A stretch of 64,000 nt of DNA. It comes from an uncultured Candidatus Saccharibacteria bacterium (lineage in GTDB: Bacteria > Patescibacteriota > Minisyncoccia > UBA6257 > 2-01-FULL-56-20). Position numbers and translations under genes: made by a program. The notes below the pieces were generated by a model that made no database searches, was not told the origin of the DNA, and saw only the letters and a list, made by a program, of their open reading frames with translations. Location: assembly GCA_964530925.1 (NCBI GenBank), contig CAZHBZ010000002.1, positions 3,621-67,620 on the forward strand, in the 5' to 3' direction. How positions within the stretch are numbered: position 1 is the stretch's first letter; each line of letters opens with the position of its first letter. Positions 55,086 to 64,000 of this stretch are shown one piece after another.

Positions 55086-56621
55086 ATGGCAAAAAATGTC
55101 GTTCTTATAATCCTGGACGGTTGGGGCATCGGCCGGAATGACGAGTCCAACCCCATCTACATGGTCAAACCCCAGAATCTGAAGTTTCTGGAGGACAACT
55201 ACCCCGTAACAAGCCTTCAAGCCTCGGGAATCTCCGTGGGGCTCCCCTGGGGCGAAGTGGGCAACAGCGAAGTAGGCCACCTAACCATCGGCGCGGGCAA
55301 AGTCATCTATCAATACTTCCCGCGGATCACTATGGCCATCCAGGACGGGACTTTTTTTGAAAATCCCGCCATCAAGGCTGCTTGCGACCACGCCAAAAAA
55401 AATAATTCGTATCTGAATTTCATGGGACTCTTGTCCAAGGGGAACGTTCATGCTTCCCTCGATCACCTGAAAGCGCTTTTGAAATTTGCCGAGAAAGAAG
55501 GGGTCGCGAACGTGCGCCTTCATCTCTTCTCCGACGGAAAAGACTCCCCGCCCAAAACGCTTGAAAAATTCTTGGCGGAGCTTCCCGCGGGAAAGATCGC
55601 GACCTTGACCGGACGATATTATGCGATGGACCGCGAAGGTAATTGGCGGCTCACCGAACAGGCCTATAACTGCATGACCGGAACCTCGGGAACGCTGGCC
55701 AAGGATAATTTCTCCAAGCTCATTACCGACAATTACGCCAAAGGCCTAAACGAAGAATATCTGCCCCCGCTTCGCCTTCAAGAAGATGGCGGAATAAAAG
55801 ACGGCGACGCGCTTTTCATTTTTAACTATCGCGAAGATTCCATCCGACAAATAGCGGAGTCGTTTATCGTTAAAGATTTTGACAAATTCCAGAGGAAAGA
55901 TTTTAAAGATCTTTTCGTAGCGACCATGACCCACTATATGGATAAATTCGATTGCCCGGTCGCCTTTCCTTCGGAAGTGGTAAAATCCCCTCTCGGCAAA
56001 GTAATAAGCGACGCGAAAATGACCCAGCTCCGTCTCGCGGAATCTTACAAATACGCCCACGTCACTTATTTTTTCAACGGATTTACCGAACCTCCTCTCG
56101 AAGGAGAATATCGCGTCCTCATTCCCTCTGAGCCCATCCCTCACCCCGATGAACATCCGCAGATGATGGCCTCGGCTATAACCGACCGGCTAATTCAAGC
56201 CATCGAAAACCGGGCGTTTAATTTTATTTTGGTGAATTATGCGAACGGCGACACCATCGCCCACACCGGAAACTACAATGCGGCCAAGGAGGCGGTTAAG
56301 ACCATAGACAAGGAACTTGGGCGCGTCATCCAATCCGTTCTCGCGAATGACGCCCTGCTTTTTATTAGCTCCGATCATGGCAACGTGGAAGAACTTTTGA
56401 ATCCGATGACCGGCCAATCCGAGACCCAGCATGATCCAAATCCGGTTCCCTTCCATATCGTCGGCAATGAATTTAAAGGGAGAAAGTTCATCAACTGGCA
56501 AAGTGTGGCTACGGAACCGCTCGGCATCATCTCCGATATAGCCCCGACAATACTCGAGATAATCGGCCTCAAGAAACCGGAAGATATGAGCGGGAGAAGT
56601 CTCCTTCGGGACCTTCTATAA
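55086..56621 (+). CDS. gpmI: 2,3-bisphosphoglycerate-independent phosphoglycerate mutase
   Basis: MAKNVVLIILDGWG (metal-binding N-terminus of iPGM), 511 aa. Confidence 0.93.
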   Translation: MAKNVVLIILDGWGIGRNDESNPIYMVKPQNLKFLEDNYPVTSLQASGISVGLPWGEVGNSEVGHLTIGAGKVIYQYFPRITMAIQDGTFFENPAIKAACDHAKKNNSYLNFMGLLSKGNVHASLDHLKALLKFAEKEGVANVRLHLFSDGKDSPPKTLEKFLAELPAGKIATLTGRYYAMDREGNWRLTEQAYNCMTGTSGTLAKDNFSKLITDNYAKGLNEEYLPPLRLQEDGGIKDGDALFIFNYREDSIRQIAESFIVKDFDKFQRKDFKDLFVATMTHYMDKFDCPVAFPSEVVKSPLGKVISDAKMTQLRLAESYKYAHVTYFFNGFTEPPLEGEYRVLIPSEPIPHPDEHPQMMASAITDRLIQAIENRAFNFILVNYANGDTIAHTGNYNAAKEAVKTIDKELGRVIQSVLANDALLFISSDHGNVEELLNPMTGQSETQHDPNPVPFHIVGNEFKGRKFINWQSVATEPLGIISDIAPTILEIIGLKKPEDMSGRSLLRDLL

Positions 56622-56640
56622 AAACAGACTTTTAGAATTT

Positions 56641-56673
56641 TTAATTAAAAAAACGCCGCTCACCGCGGCGTTT
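56641..56673 (-). terminator. intrinsic terminator (ACGCCGC-tcacc-GCGGCGT with A/T flanks) for the small minus-strand gene; convergent with the gpmI 3' end
   Basis: Minus sense reads AACGCCGCGGUGAGCGGCGUUUUUUUAAUUAAAAA. Confidence 0.65.
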
Positions 56674-56842
56674 CGTCATATTTCACAGAGAGAAGGAGTG
56701 CGAGGCCAACCAGCGCCGCTCCGGACGCGCAGATGAGCAGCATGGGCCGCCAGGCAAAATCGCTAAGTAGTCCTCCGAAAACAATCGCGAACCCCAGGAG
56801 CGCCATTCCCTGGAGAATCTTTTCCCTTTTCTTCGCGCGCAT
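56660..56842 (-). CDS. hypothetical small membrane protein
   Basis: 60 aa, two TM helices. Confidence 0.45.
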   Translation of the reverse strand: MRAKKREKILQGMALLGFAIVFGGLLSDFAWRPMLLICASGAALVGLALLLSVKYDETPR

Positions 56843-56924
56843 TTCAACCCTCCATCCGCTTTAAGCTGATTATAATTATAGCCTCAATATTCCGCGACGC
56901 AACCTAAATTGGTATAATCAAAAC

Positions 56925-57281
56925 ATGTTCAGACTGATTGCGCGCGCGATAATCGCGGTTGTCGTTAATGCTCTTGGCCTTTTGGCCGCTTCGCACTACA
57001 TAAACGGCTTTAACCTGAATAATGACTTCGGGGAACTTATAATCGTCGCGGCTGTTTTCACCGCGATTTATTTTATCCTGCGCCCGATAGTCAAAATGAT
57101 ATTGGGTCCGTTTTTGGTGCTTACTTTGGGCCTAGGGCTTATCGCGGTCAACGCCATAATGCTCTATGTTCTTGACTTAGCCTCCAAAAATCTTATGATA
57201 GATGGCGTCGGAGCGCTCCTTGAGGCAACACTGCTTCTAAGCGTCCTGAACTTTATTCTGCATTACGCGGAAAAAGAATAG
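56925..57281 (+). CDS. DUF360/phage-holin-4_2-family membrane protein
   Basis: 118 aa, four TM helices; N-terminus RAIIAVVVNALGLLAASHYINGF resembles the YvlD/DUF360 signature. Confidence 0.6.
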   Translation: MFRLIARAIIAVVVNALGLLAASHYINGFNLNNDFGELIIVAAVFTAIYFILRPIVKMILGPFLVLTLGLGLIAVNAIMLYVLDLASKNLMIDGVGALLEATLLLSVLNFILHYAEKE

Positions 57282-57393
57282 TGGACAGAAATTAACCTAA
57301 TTGCTCTAATTACCCTAATTGACCGGGGCGGGCTCGCCTCATCTTAGAATAATTAGTTGTAATTAAAATAATTAGAAATAATTTACTTAAGAT

Positions 57394-57606
57394 ATGATCT
57401 CAATAATATATATAATCGTAGCCGTTGCCTTAGTAACCCTAATCCTGCTTCAGCAGCGCTCCGGAGGAATGTCCGGTCTTTTTGGCGGCGACTCAAGCGG
57501 CTTTTATCAGACCAGGCGCGGGCTCGAAAAACTTTTTCTTTGGGGAACCGTCGTTCTTTCCGTTCTTTTTGTGGCGCTCTCCCTTTGGCAGTTAATCCAA
57601 AAATAA
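57394..57606 (+). CDS. secG: preprotein translocase subunit SecG
   Basis: 70 aa, two TM helices separated by a Gly-rich loop (LLQQRSGGMSGLFGGDSSGF). Confidence 0.8.
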   Translation: MISIIYIIVAVALVTLILLQQRSGGMSGLFGGDSSGFYQTRRGLEKLFLWGTVVLSVLFVALSLWQLIQK

Positions 57607-57609
57607 ATC

Positions 57610-57630
57610 TCCCGCGAACAGCGGGAATTT
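57610..57630 (+). terminator. weak terminator-like hairpin after secG (TCCCGC-gaaca-GCGGGA)
   Basis: 6-bp GC stem, weak T-tract (ATTT); the same CCCGCGAAC-GCGGG hairpin core as at 5224-5240. Confidence 0.3.
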
Positions 57631-57690
57631 AAAGATGGCTCGTTTCACGCTATACTTTAGTAGCACGATTTTGATTTGATATTTTGCGCG

Positions 57691-57724
57691 CGCTACCTAC
57701 TACCTACTACTAACTACCCACTGC
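57691..57724 (+). repeat. CTAC-repeat leader element (CGCTACCTACTACCTACTACTAACTACCCACTGC) upstream of the SBP gene
   Basis: Member of the CTAC/TAAC repeat family; ends 9 nt before the ATG. Confidence 0.5.
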
Positions 57725-57733
57725 ATTTCAAAG

Positions 57734-59383
57734 ATGGTTTGGCTAAAAAAAATATTCGCATCCTTTTCCAGAAAAGAACGTCTTAGTTTCGTTTTTGCTT
57801 CAACTCTGGCGGCGGCCGCGGGGGCGCTGCTTCTTTGGCTCATATTCATAAACGTAACCACAACCGCGCCCGCCCGAGGCGGCGACTATGCCGAAGGCTT
57901 CTTGGGCCAGCCGGCATACGCGAATCCCCTTCTTGCGGAGACCCCCGTAGATAAAGCCTTAGTACGGCTAGTATTCGCGAACCTTCCAGACCTATCTGAC
58001 AAAATCGAAAGCGACAAGACCGGGAAAAGCTATAAGGTCCGGCTCAAGGAAAATCTCTTCTGGTCTAACGGACAGAAGCTCACAAGCGACGACGTTATCT
58101 TCACCCTCCAAAAGCTCCAAGATCCGCAAACCGCGAGTCCATATTTTTCGAACTGGCAAGGCGTTGCCGCCGCCCGAGTGAGCGAACTGGAAGTTCAGTT
58201 CACCCTCGCCGCTCCTTACGCGTTCTTTTCGCAAAGCCTTCAAAACTTCTATGTCGTCCCCAAGCACCTTTTTGCCGACACGCCAGCGTCCAATTGGAAA
58301 TTATCCGATTACAACCTGAAGCCGGTCGGTTCCGGTCCTTTTTCTTTTTACTCCTACGAAAAACGGGATGATGGATTTATAAATGCTTATCATCTAAAAG
58401 CGAACGAAAAGTATGCCGGCGGGGCCCCTTATATAGAAAACTTTGATTTGCGTTTTTTCACCAAACCAGAAGATATTGTTAAGGCGTTTAACTCCGGACA
58501 AATTGACGCCATCTCCGATTTGGATCCGGAAACTCTAAAAAGCATTCGCCGCACCTACAATCTCGCGGAGTTTCTTTTGCCGAACTATTACGCGGTTTTC
58601 TGGAATCAAAGCCAAAACGAGGCACTGACAGACTCATCCGTGCGGCAAGCCCTCTCGCTTTCGATAAACAGAAGCGAAATTATCCGCGACGCCCTTTACG
58701 GTTATGGCCGCGAAAGTCTTGGTCCGATTCCAAAAGATATCCCGGGGCTCGATATATCTTATTCCGCTCCCCAAAACGATCCGGATGGAGCGAACAACCT
58801 CTTGGAGTCTGCCGGATGGAAAATGGGAGACGGAGGCCTCCGCGTGAAAGAAACCAAAACCGGATTCTTAGAATTGAAATTCCGATTGACCGTCCCAAAT
58901 ATCCCGTTTTTGGTTTCCACCGCAAAAACTCTAGCCTCGGAATGGTCCAAGGTTGGAGCGATAGCCGAACTCAAGATTATGCCCCCGGATGAAATAATCT
59001 CCGGTCAAATAAAAAACAGGGATTACGAAGCTGTTCTTTTCGGGAACCTCTTGGGCTCGAATGGCGATCTGTACGCATTCTGGCACTCTTCGGAAAAATA
59101 CTATCCCGGATTGAACCTGTCCCTCTATGGGAACAAGCAGACTGATAAGCTTTTGGAATCCATACGTCAAAACCCGGATAAAACAAGCCGAGAAGAGCAA
59201 TTTCAAGATCTCGCGGATAAGATTACCGATGCCCTTCCGGCAACCTTCCTTTACTCTCCATCTTATCTCTTTGTATCAAGCCGCGATTTGGGCGGCGTCG
59301 AAGGAGGGTTCCTGGGCGAGAACGCGGATCGCCTTCGAAAAGCTAGGGACTGGTTCGTGAAAGTCGCGCGGGTATTCAAATAA
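57734..59383 (+). CDS. ABC transporter substrate-binding protein, family 5 (oligopeptide/nickel type)
   Basis: 549 aa, N-terminal TM/signal anchor, SBP_bac_5 architecture. Confidence 0.8.
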   Translation: MVWLKKIFASFSRKERLSFVFASTLAAAAGALLLWLIFINVTTTAPARGGDYAEGFLGQPAYANPLLAETPVDKALVRLVFANLPDLSDKIESDKTGKSYKVRLKENLFWSNGQKLTSDDVIFTLQKLQDPQTASPYFSNWQGVAAARVSELEVQFTLAAPYAFFSQSLQNFYVVPKHLFADTPASNWKLSDYNLKPVGSGPFSFYSYEKRDDGFINAYHLKANEKYAGGAPYIENFDLRFFTKPEDIVKAFNSGQIDAISDLDPETLKSIRRTYNLAEFLLPNYYAVFWNQSQNEALTDSSVRQALSLSINRSEIIRDALYGYGRESLGPIPKDIPGLDISYSAPQNDPDGANNLLESAGWKMGDGGLRVKETKTGFLELKFRLTVPNIPFLVSTAKTLASEWSKVGAIAELKIMPPDEIISGQIKNRDYEAVLFGNLLGSNGDLYAFWHSSEKYYPGLNLSLYGNKQTDKLLESIRQNPDKTSREEQFQDLADKITDALPATFLYSPSYLFVSSRDLGGVEGGFLGENADRLRKARDWFVKVARVFK

Positions 59384-59553
59384 AGCGAGAGCGGCCGGAC
59401 AAGCTTGACCTCGTCCGGGATTAACGCTAGGATATATCCAACTTCGATTCCTCCTGTGTCCACACATCCAAAAAGAAGGATATCTTTCTCCAGCCGGTTT
59501 TTTGTTTATCTCAATAAATAATATCTACACCCAAGCAAGCGGCAAATTAAATT

Positions 59554-59573
59554 TGGCGGAAACTGGAAGACGC
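59554..59573 (+). repeat. partial, degenerate copy of the tRNA-Leu 5' region (D-arm) about 40 nt upstream of the tRNA gene
   Basis: TGGCGGAAACTGGAAGACGC versus tRNA TGGCGAAACTGGCAGACGC (about 20 of 22 identical). Confidence 0.45.
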
Positions 59574-59595
59574 AAAGACGATTGTTAATTTAAAA

Positions 59596-59679
59596 GCCCT
59601 CCTGGCGAAACTGGCAGACGCGCAGGCTTCAGGAGTCTGTGGGAGCAATCCCGTGGAGGTTCAAATCCTCTGGAGGGCA
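59596..59679 (+). tRNA. tRNA-Leu (anticodon CAG), type II with long variable arm, CCA not encoded
   Basis: Manually folded: acceptor GCCCTCC/GGAGGGC, D-arm GCG-AAACTGGCAGAC-GCG, anticodon stem CAGGC/GTCTG with loop TTCAGGA (anticodon CAG), variable arm, T-arm GAGG-TTCAAAT-CCTC, discriminator A. Confidence 0.85.
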
Positions 59680-59745
59680 CACTAAGTAAAATTAGTAAAA
59701 AAAAATATAAACAAGTCGAAAGTTGGTCATTTGTATTGAGGCTTA

Positions 59746-59785
59746 AAACTACTCACTACTCACGACTAACCACCAACTAATTCAA
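59746..59785 (+). repeat. CTAC-repeat leader element (AAACTACTCACTACTCACGACTAACCACCAACTAATTCAA) abutting the rnj ATG
   Basis: Contains the family core CACGACTAAC; near-identical in composition to the trxB leader (CTACCTACGACCAACTACTAACTAATTAC). Confidence 0.55.
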
Positions 59786-61609
59786 ATGATGCAAAACACA
59801 TCAAGAAGGGGCGCCCCAAGAGGGCACCGATCGAATGCCCCGGCGGCGCGCCATGCGTCCCCAGGACGCGCCGGCGCTCACCCGCAAAGACATACGCCTT
59901 CCGCTAAACCGGAAGCCGACCGCATTTATAAACATGAGCCGAAAAAGGAACTCAACCTCCGCTTCATTCCGCTTGGCGGATTGGAAGAAATAGGCCGCAA
60001 CTGCCAATATTTCGAATACGGCAACGAAATAGTTATCGTGGATGTCGGCATTCAATTCCCCGAAGAGGCTACCCCGGGCATCGACTACATAATTCCCAAT
60101 GTCGCCTCCTTGGAACACAGAAAGCACGACATCAAGGGGATAATCCTCACCCACGGCCACTATGACCACATCGCGGCCATCCACTATTTGGTGGAAAAAC
60201 TCGGCAATCCGCCGATCATAACCTCCGCCTTCACCAAGGCGATGGTCGAAAAACGGCACGAAGAGTTCACGAACGCCCCGCGCCTGAATTTCATAACCGT
60301 GAAAGACGGCAGTCGCGTTCCCCTTTCTCCGAATTTAACCGCCGAATTTTTTGCGGTCGGGCACACCATTCCCGAAGCCCTGGGTTTTATCCTTAACACC
60401 CCCTCCGGTAAAATGGTCAACTTCGGAGACTTCCGCCTGGACATAGACAAAGACGGCAAACCGACCAATCTGGAAGTTTTCCACCGCTTGGCCAAAGAAG
60501 GCATTCACAGCATTTTCATTGATTCCACAAACGCCGACTATCCGGGCTATTCCGCCTCGGAACGCGTAGTTGAATCGGAACTGGAGAAACTCCTTAAAAA
60601 CGCGCAGGGCCGCGTTATAATCGCGACCTTCGCCTCGCTCGTGGACAGACTCCTCGAGATCATCAAGATCGCGGCTAAACTTGGCCGCAAAGTAGCCATC
60701 AACGGCCGCTCCATGAAGACCAATTTGGAAATCGCCAAACAATTGGGCTACTTCAAAGAAATGAAGGATCAAATGATCCCGCTTGAAGAAGTGAACAAGC
60801 ACAAAGACGATAAGATATTGATTCTCACAACCGGCGCGCAGGGCGAACCGAACGCCGGACTCATGAGAATCGTAAGCGGCGAACACAAAGTCGTAAGGCT
60901 CAAACCCACCGACACGATAATCTTTTCTTCCTCGGTGGTTCCCGGAAACGAACGCTCCGTGCAATCGCTTCAGGACAATATCGCCCGCCAGGTCGACGAA
61001 TTATACAATTCCAAACTCTTGGATATTCATGCTTCCGGCCACGCGCACGGCGACGATATAGAACTAATTTTGAGCATCATCAAGCCGAAATTCGTGGTAC
61101 CGATACACGGCTATTACTTTAAGCGTAAAACTCTGATTAAGATCGCGAAGCGCGCGGGCATGAGCAAAGAAAGAGTCATCATGATGGATAATGGAGACAT
61201 CGCGGATATCTTGCCGGACAAATTCTCCGTCTCCGGCGAAAAAGTCCCGGCCTCCTATGTCATGGTCGACGGCTTGGGTGTCGGCGACGTGGAAGAAGTG
61301 GTGCTGCGCGACAGATTGAACCTAGCCAAAGAAGGCATGGTGGTCATCATCGTCACGCTTGATAGGAGAAACGGCCGAGTTCTAAAAAACCCCGACATTA
61401 TCTCCCGCGGATTCATCTATCTCAAAGATAACCAAGTCATCCTTGAAGATATCCGAAAAAAAGTCCGCGCCGTCATCTCTCGACTTCCCGCCCATCAGGA
61501 AGTGGAAACTGACTACTTGAAAACGCTCATCCGCGATCAGGTCGGCCAATTCTTGTACACCAAGACCAAACGCCGCCCCATGATCCTCCCCGTGACAATA
61601 GAGGTTTAA
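59786..61609 (+). CDS. rnj: ribonuclease J (beta-CASP metallo-beta-lactamase) with a 55-aa Arg/Pro/Ala-rich N-terminal extension
   Basis: HGHYDH motif, beta-CASP and C-terminal domain; N-terminus MMQNTSRRGAPRGHRSNAPAARHASPGRAGAHPQRHTP... precedes the conserved ...LRFIPLGGLEEIGRN start. Confidence 0.9.
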   Translation: MMQNTSRRGAPRGHRSNAPAARHASPGRAGAHPQRHTPSAKPEADRIYKHEPKKELNLRFIPLGGLEEIGRNCQYFEYGNEIVIVDVGIQFPEEATPGIDYIIPNVASLEHRKHDIKGIILTHGHYDHIAAIHYLVEKLGNPPIITSAFTKAMVEKRHEEFTNAPRLNFITVKDGSRVPLSPNLTAEFFAVGHTIPEALGFILNTPSGKMVNFGDFRLDIDKDGKPTNLEVFHRLAKEGIHSIFIDSTNADYPGYSASERVVESELEKLLKNAQGRVIIATFASLVDRLLEIIKIAAKLGRKVAINGRSMKTNLEIAKQLGYFKEMKDQMIPLEEVNKHKDDKILILTTGAQGEPNAGLMRIVSGEHKVVRLKPTDTIIFSSSVVPGNERSVQSLQDNIARQVDELYNSKLLDIHASGHAHGDDIELILSIIKPKFVVPIHGYYFKRKTLIKIAKRAGMSKERVIMMDNGDIADILPDKFSVSGEKVPASYVMVDGLGVGDVEEVVLRDRLNLAKEGMVVIIVTLDRRNGRVLKNPDIISRGFIYLKDNQVILEDIRKKVRAVISRLPAHQEVETDYLKTLIRDQVGQFLYTKTKRRPMILPVTIEV

Positions 61610-61611
61610 AA

Positions 61612-61706
61612 TTAGTGGTTAGAAAATAGTAGATGGTATATAGTAGAATTAAGAATAAGATTTCCGGATTGCTCCTATCTACCATTCACTATCTACTATC
61701 TACTCA
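61612..61706 (+). repeat. inverted pair of repeat elements (GT/AG-rich arm 61612-61650, CA-rich arm 61674-61706) between rnj and trpS
   Basis: TAGTGGTTAGAAAATAGTAGATGGTATATAGTAG ... CCTATCTACCATTCACTATCTACTATCTACTCA abutting the trpS ATG. Confidence 0.55.
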
Positions 61707-62690
61707 ATGAAACCCATTCTTATCTCCGGCATTCAACCCTCAGGCAAGCTCCACCTGGGCAATTACCTGGGCGCCTTAAAAAACTTTGTTTCCCTCCAGA
61801 ACTCCGGCAAATACCAGTGCTTCTTTTTTATCGCCGATCTTCACTCCCTGACCGAAGAATCCACGCCAAAGGAAAAGGCTAGACAAATAGCGGAGCTGGC
61901 TGCCGATTATCTGGCCGTGGGTTTGGATCCGAAAAAATCCACGATATTTTTGCAGTCTTCAGTTCCGGCGCACTCCGAACTTGCTTGGATTTTGAATACC
62001 ATCACGCCGTTCGGCGAATTACGAAGAATGACGCAATTCAAAGACAAAGGCGGCGAAGCGGAAGCAACTAATGTCGGTCTTTTCGATTACCCGGTTTTAA
62101 TGGCTGCGGATATTTTGCTCTACGACGCGCAGGTAGTTCCCGTAGGCGACGACCAGCTCCAGCACTTGGAGCTCGCAAGGACTCTGGCCCGCAAATTCAA
62201 TTCCAAGTTTGGAAAAACTTTTGTGGAACCGAAACCCCTCTTGACCGAAATCCCCCGAGTGATGAGCCTGGACGCACCGGACAAAAAAATGAGCAAGTCT
62301 CGACCTCAAGGCTGCATATTCCTGGACGATTCCCCCGCGGAGATAAAAGAAAAAGTTAAGCGCGCCCAGACAGATTCCGAATCGGTCATCCGCTACGACC
62401 CCGAGAGAAAGCCCGCTATCTCCAACCTTATGCGTCTTTACGGCGCGCTCTCGGGCGATTTGATGCCGGACCTCGAAAAGAAATTCCAAAGTATGAATTA
62501 TTCGGAATTGAAACTCGGACTCGCGAACACCATCGCCAACTATTTTGCCCCCTTCCGCGCCAAGAAAGCGGCTCTTAAAAAACAGCCGAAGATAATAGAA
62601 AAAATGTTGAAAGCCGGCAACGCCAAGGCGCAGAAAATTTCCGCGAAGAAAATTGAGGATGTAAAGAAAAAGATCGGCGTCGCAAGATAG
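61707..62690 (+). CDS. trpS: tryptophan--tRNA ligase
   Basis: Class I HIGH-like GIQPSGKLHLGNYLGA and KMSKS motifs; 327 aa. Confidence 0.93.
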   Translation: MKPILISGIQPSGKLHLGNYLGALKNFVSLQNSGKYQCFFFIADLHSLTEESTPKEKARQIAELAADYLAVGLDPKKSTIFLQSSVPAHSELAWILNTITPFGELRRMTQFKDKGGEAEATNVGLFDYPVLMAADILLYDAQVVPVGDDQLQHLELARTLARKFNSKFGKTFVEPKPLLTEIPRVMSLDAPDKKMSKSRPQGCIFLDDSPAEIKEKVKRAQTDSESVIRYDPERKPAISNLMRLYGALSGDLMPDLEKKFQSMNYSELKLGLANTIANYFAPFRAKKAALKKQPKIIEKMLKAGNAKAQKISAKKIEDVKKKIGVAR

Positions 62691-62706
62691 TAACATAGCG
62701 ACAAAT

Positions 62707-62733
62707 CAAAAAAACGGCGTAAGCCGTTTTTTT
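62707..62733. terminator. bidirectional intrinsic terminator between convergent trpS and ileS
   Basis: AAAAAAACGGC-gtaa-GCCGTTTTTTT: perfect stem flanked by A7 and T7. Confidence 0.8.
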
Positions 62734-62745
62734 GATTCGGGGAGA

Positions 62746-64000
62746 TTATGCTTTCCGAAGGCCAAGCCAGGCTTCCGCTCCATCAAACTTGGTCGCGATT
62801 TCCGCGTCGAATTTCTCGCTCTTCTTGTATTCGATTCTTTTTGCGCCAACTTCCATTTTTATTTTTGCTTCACTGCTTTGAACCGCAAGTTCCATATCGG
62901 CCGGCAACGCGAGCATCAAAAACACCTTATCTTTTGGCGAGAGCTTGGCGCTTTGCCTTAGTTCCTGCACTGCGCGCATCACTTCCCGAACCAATCCTTC
63001 TTCTTTCAACTCTGGGGTAATTTCTTTATCCAATTCCACTTCGCCTTCGATTCCTTTTTTGGGCGCGACTTCTTTTACATTCACCTCGTCGCGGATGATA
63101 TCCAAAATTTCTTTGTCTTTTATTATTTTCGCGGAAGATTCTTTTATCCAAAGCGTTTTAAGTGGCTGGCGGACTTTTATTCCCGCGGCGGCTCTGGCGG
63201 CGAGCCCCAGGCTCGAAACCTTACGCGCCTCTTTCATTTGCGCGAGAAGTGATTCGTTTTTGACTTCCGCGATCTTCGGCCAGTCGGCAAGATGCACCGA
63301 TTCTTTCTTTTTACCCGCGAAAGATAGAAGCTCCAAATACATCGCTTCGCTCATGAAGGGCATAAAAGGCGCGGAGAGTTTTTGGAGATTCAGAAGGGCG
63401 GAGTAAAGAGTATCTGAAGCGGCCGCGAAATCTTTTTTGTCTTCCGCTTTTTGGAAACGGCGCCTGGAGCGGCGGATATACCAGCGAGAGAGATCGTCGG
63501 TGAATTCTTCGAGCGCTAAGCCCGCGTCCCGCACATCATATTTTTCCAAAGATTCAGTAACAACTTTTGCCGCCTCCGAAAGCCGCGCGTTTATCCAGCG
63601 GTCCAAGATGTTTTTGGAAACGCCGGGCTTCGGCGAAGGCGACTTGCCGTAGGTGCGGAAAAACACCAGAGAGTTGAAGGCTAGCATGTGAAACTTCCTA
63701 TAGCTTTTAACTATCTCCGCTTCGTCAAAGTTCTTAGGTTCTCCCGCCGGGTTAACGGTATAAAAATACCAGCGGACCGCGTCCACTCCATATTTCTCGA
63801 TCATGTCCCAAGGGCTCACCACGTTCCCAATGTGCTTGCTCATCTTCTGTCCGTTCTTGTCATGAATAAGGCCCAGTGAGATCACGTTTTTAAACGGCTC
63901 TTTATATCCTAAAAGTGTCGCGAGCGCCAAAAGCGTATAGAACCAGCCGCGGGTTTGGTCCATGGCCTCGCAGATATAGTCCGCGGGGTAGCTGATCTTG
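62746..64000 (-). CDS. ileS: isoleucine--tRNA ligase, C-terminal portion (gene continues beyond the window end)
   Basis: ...PADYICEAMDQTRGWFYT... and KMSKHIGN (KMSKS) plus anticodon-binding/C-terminal domains; the frame stays open upstream of the track's first Met to position 64000. Confidence 0.85.
   Translation of the reverse strand, partial: KISYPADYICEAMDQTRGWFYTLLALATLLGYKEPFKNVISLGLIHDKNGQKMSKHIGNVVSPWDMIEKYGVDAVRWYFYTVNPAGEPKNFDEAEIVKSYRKFHMLAFNSLVFFRTYGKSPSPKPGVSKNILDRWINARLSEAAKVVTESLEKYDVRDAGLALEEFTDDLSRWYIRRSRRRFQKAEDKKDFAAASDTLYSALLNLQKLSAPFMPFMSEAMYLELLSFAGKKKESVHLADWPKIAEVKNESLLAQMKEARKVSSLGLAARAAAGIKVRQPLKTLWIKESSAKIIKDKEILDIIRDEVNVKEVAPKKGIEGEVELDKEITPELKEEGLVREVMRAVQELRQSAKLSPKDKVFLMLALPADMELAVQSSEAKIKMEVGAKRIEYKKSEKFDAEIATKFDGAEAWLGLRKA

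Overview
This 64-kb window is a gene-dense, mostly minus-strand segment from a small-genome bacterium, with about 48% GC and local swings. The gene content and style suggest a Patescibacteria/CPR-like organism, but that is an inference; the evidence is a split transketolase, a non-oxidative pentose-phosphate cluster (PfkB kinase, TktN/TktC, Rpe), RNase Y plus RNase J, and tRNAs without encoded CCA. Housekeeping genes include groES/groEL, trxB, thyX, a LemA-TPM pair, an M16 peptidase, gpmI, secG, a family-5 substrate-binding protein, rny, rnj, trpS and ileS (partial), plus tRNA-Ser(GGA) and tRNA-Leu(CAG). The centre of the window (about 17.8-52.9 kb) is one large Wzx/Wzy-type surface-glycan locus. 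It starts with the initiating phosphotransferase and flippase, then a canonical fnlA/fnlB/fnlC/wbuB-like UDP-L-FucNAc module with the FnlB-type reductase split into SDR and cupin ORFs. It also holds about nine glycosyltransferases (GT2, GT4, CgeB-like, and a GT-C paired with a polyprenyl-P-sugar synthase), six SAM methyltransferases (two FkbM type, two carrying Trm112-like zinc ribbons), and a high-GC formyltransferase/aminotransferase/dehydratase island that looks horizontally acquired. A short nucleotide-sugar-dehydrogenase homologue also sits in the locus. The most unusual part is an operonic module combining two nucleotidyltransferases, a GDPD-like protein, a class II aldolase-family enzyme, a polytopic membrane domain fused to a phosphoribulokinase/uridine-kinase-type P-loop kinase, a HAD phosphatase and an AsnB amidotransferase. 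The locus ends with an O-antigen ligase/polymerase. Other notable items follow. A compact candidate Type II restriction-modification pair sits next to the 3' end of tRNA-Ser. A four-helix-bundle (23S rRNA IVS-protein family) gene with an in-frame TGA is bracketed by inverted repeats. Those repeats belong to a window-wide family of strand-asymmetric CTAC/CGAC/TAAC elements (core CACGACTAAC) that abut start and stop codons. The groES-groEL intergenic region carries an attenuator-like pair of mutually exclusive hairpins. The ORF track reports GTG/TTG starts as M, so several starts were re-derived from the sequence, and coordinates counted by hand may be off by 1 nt.
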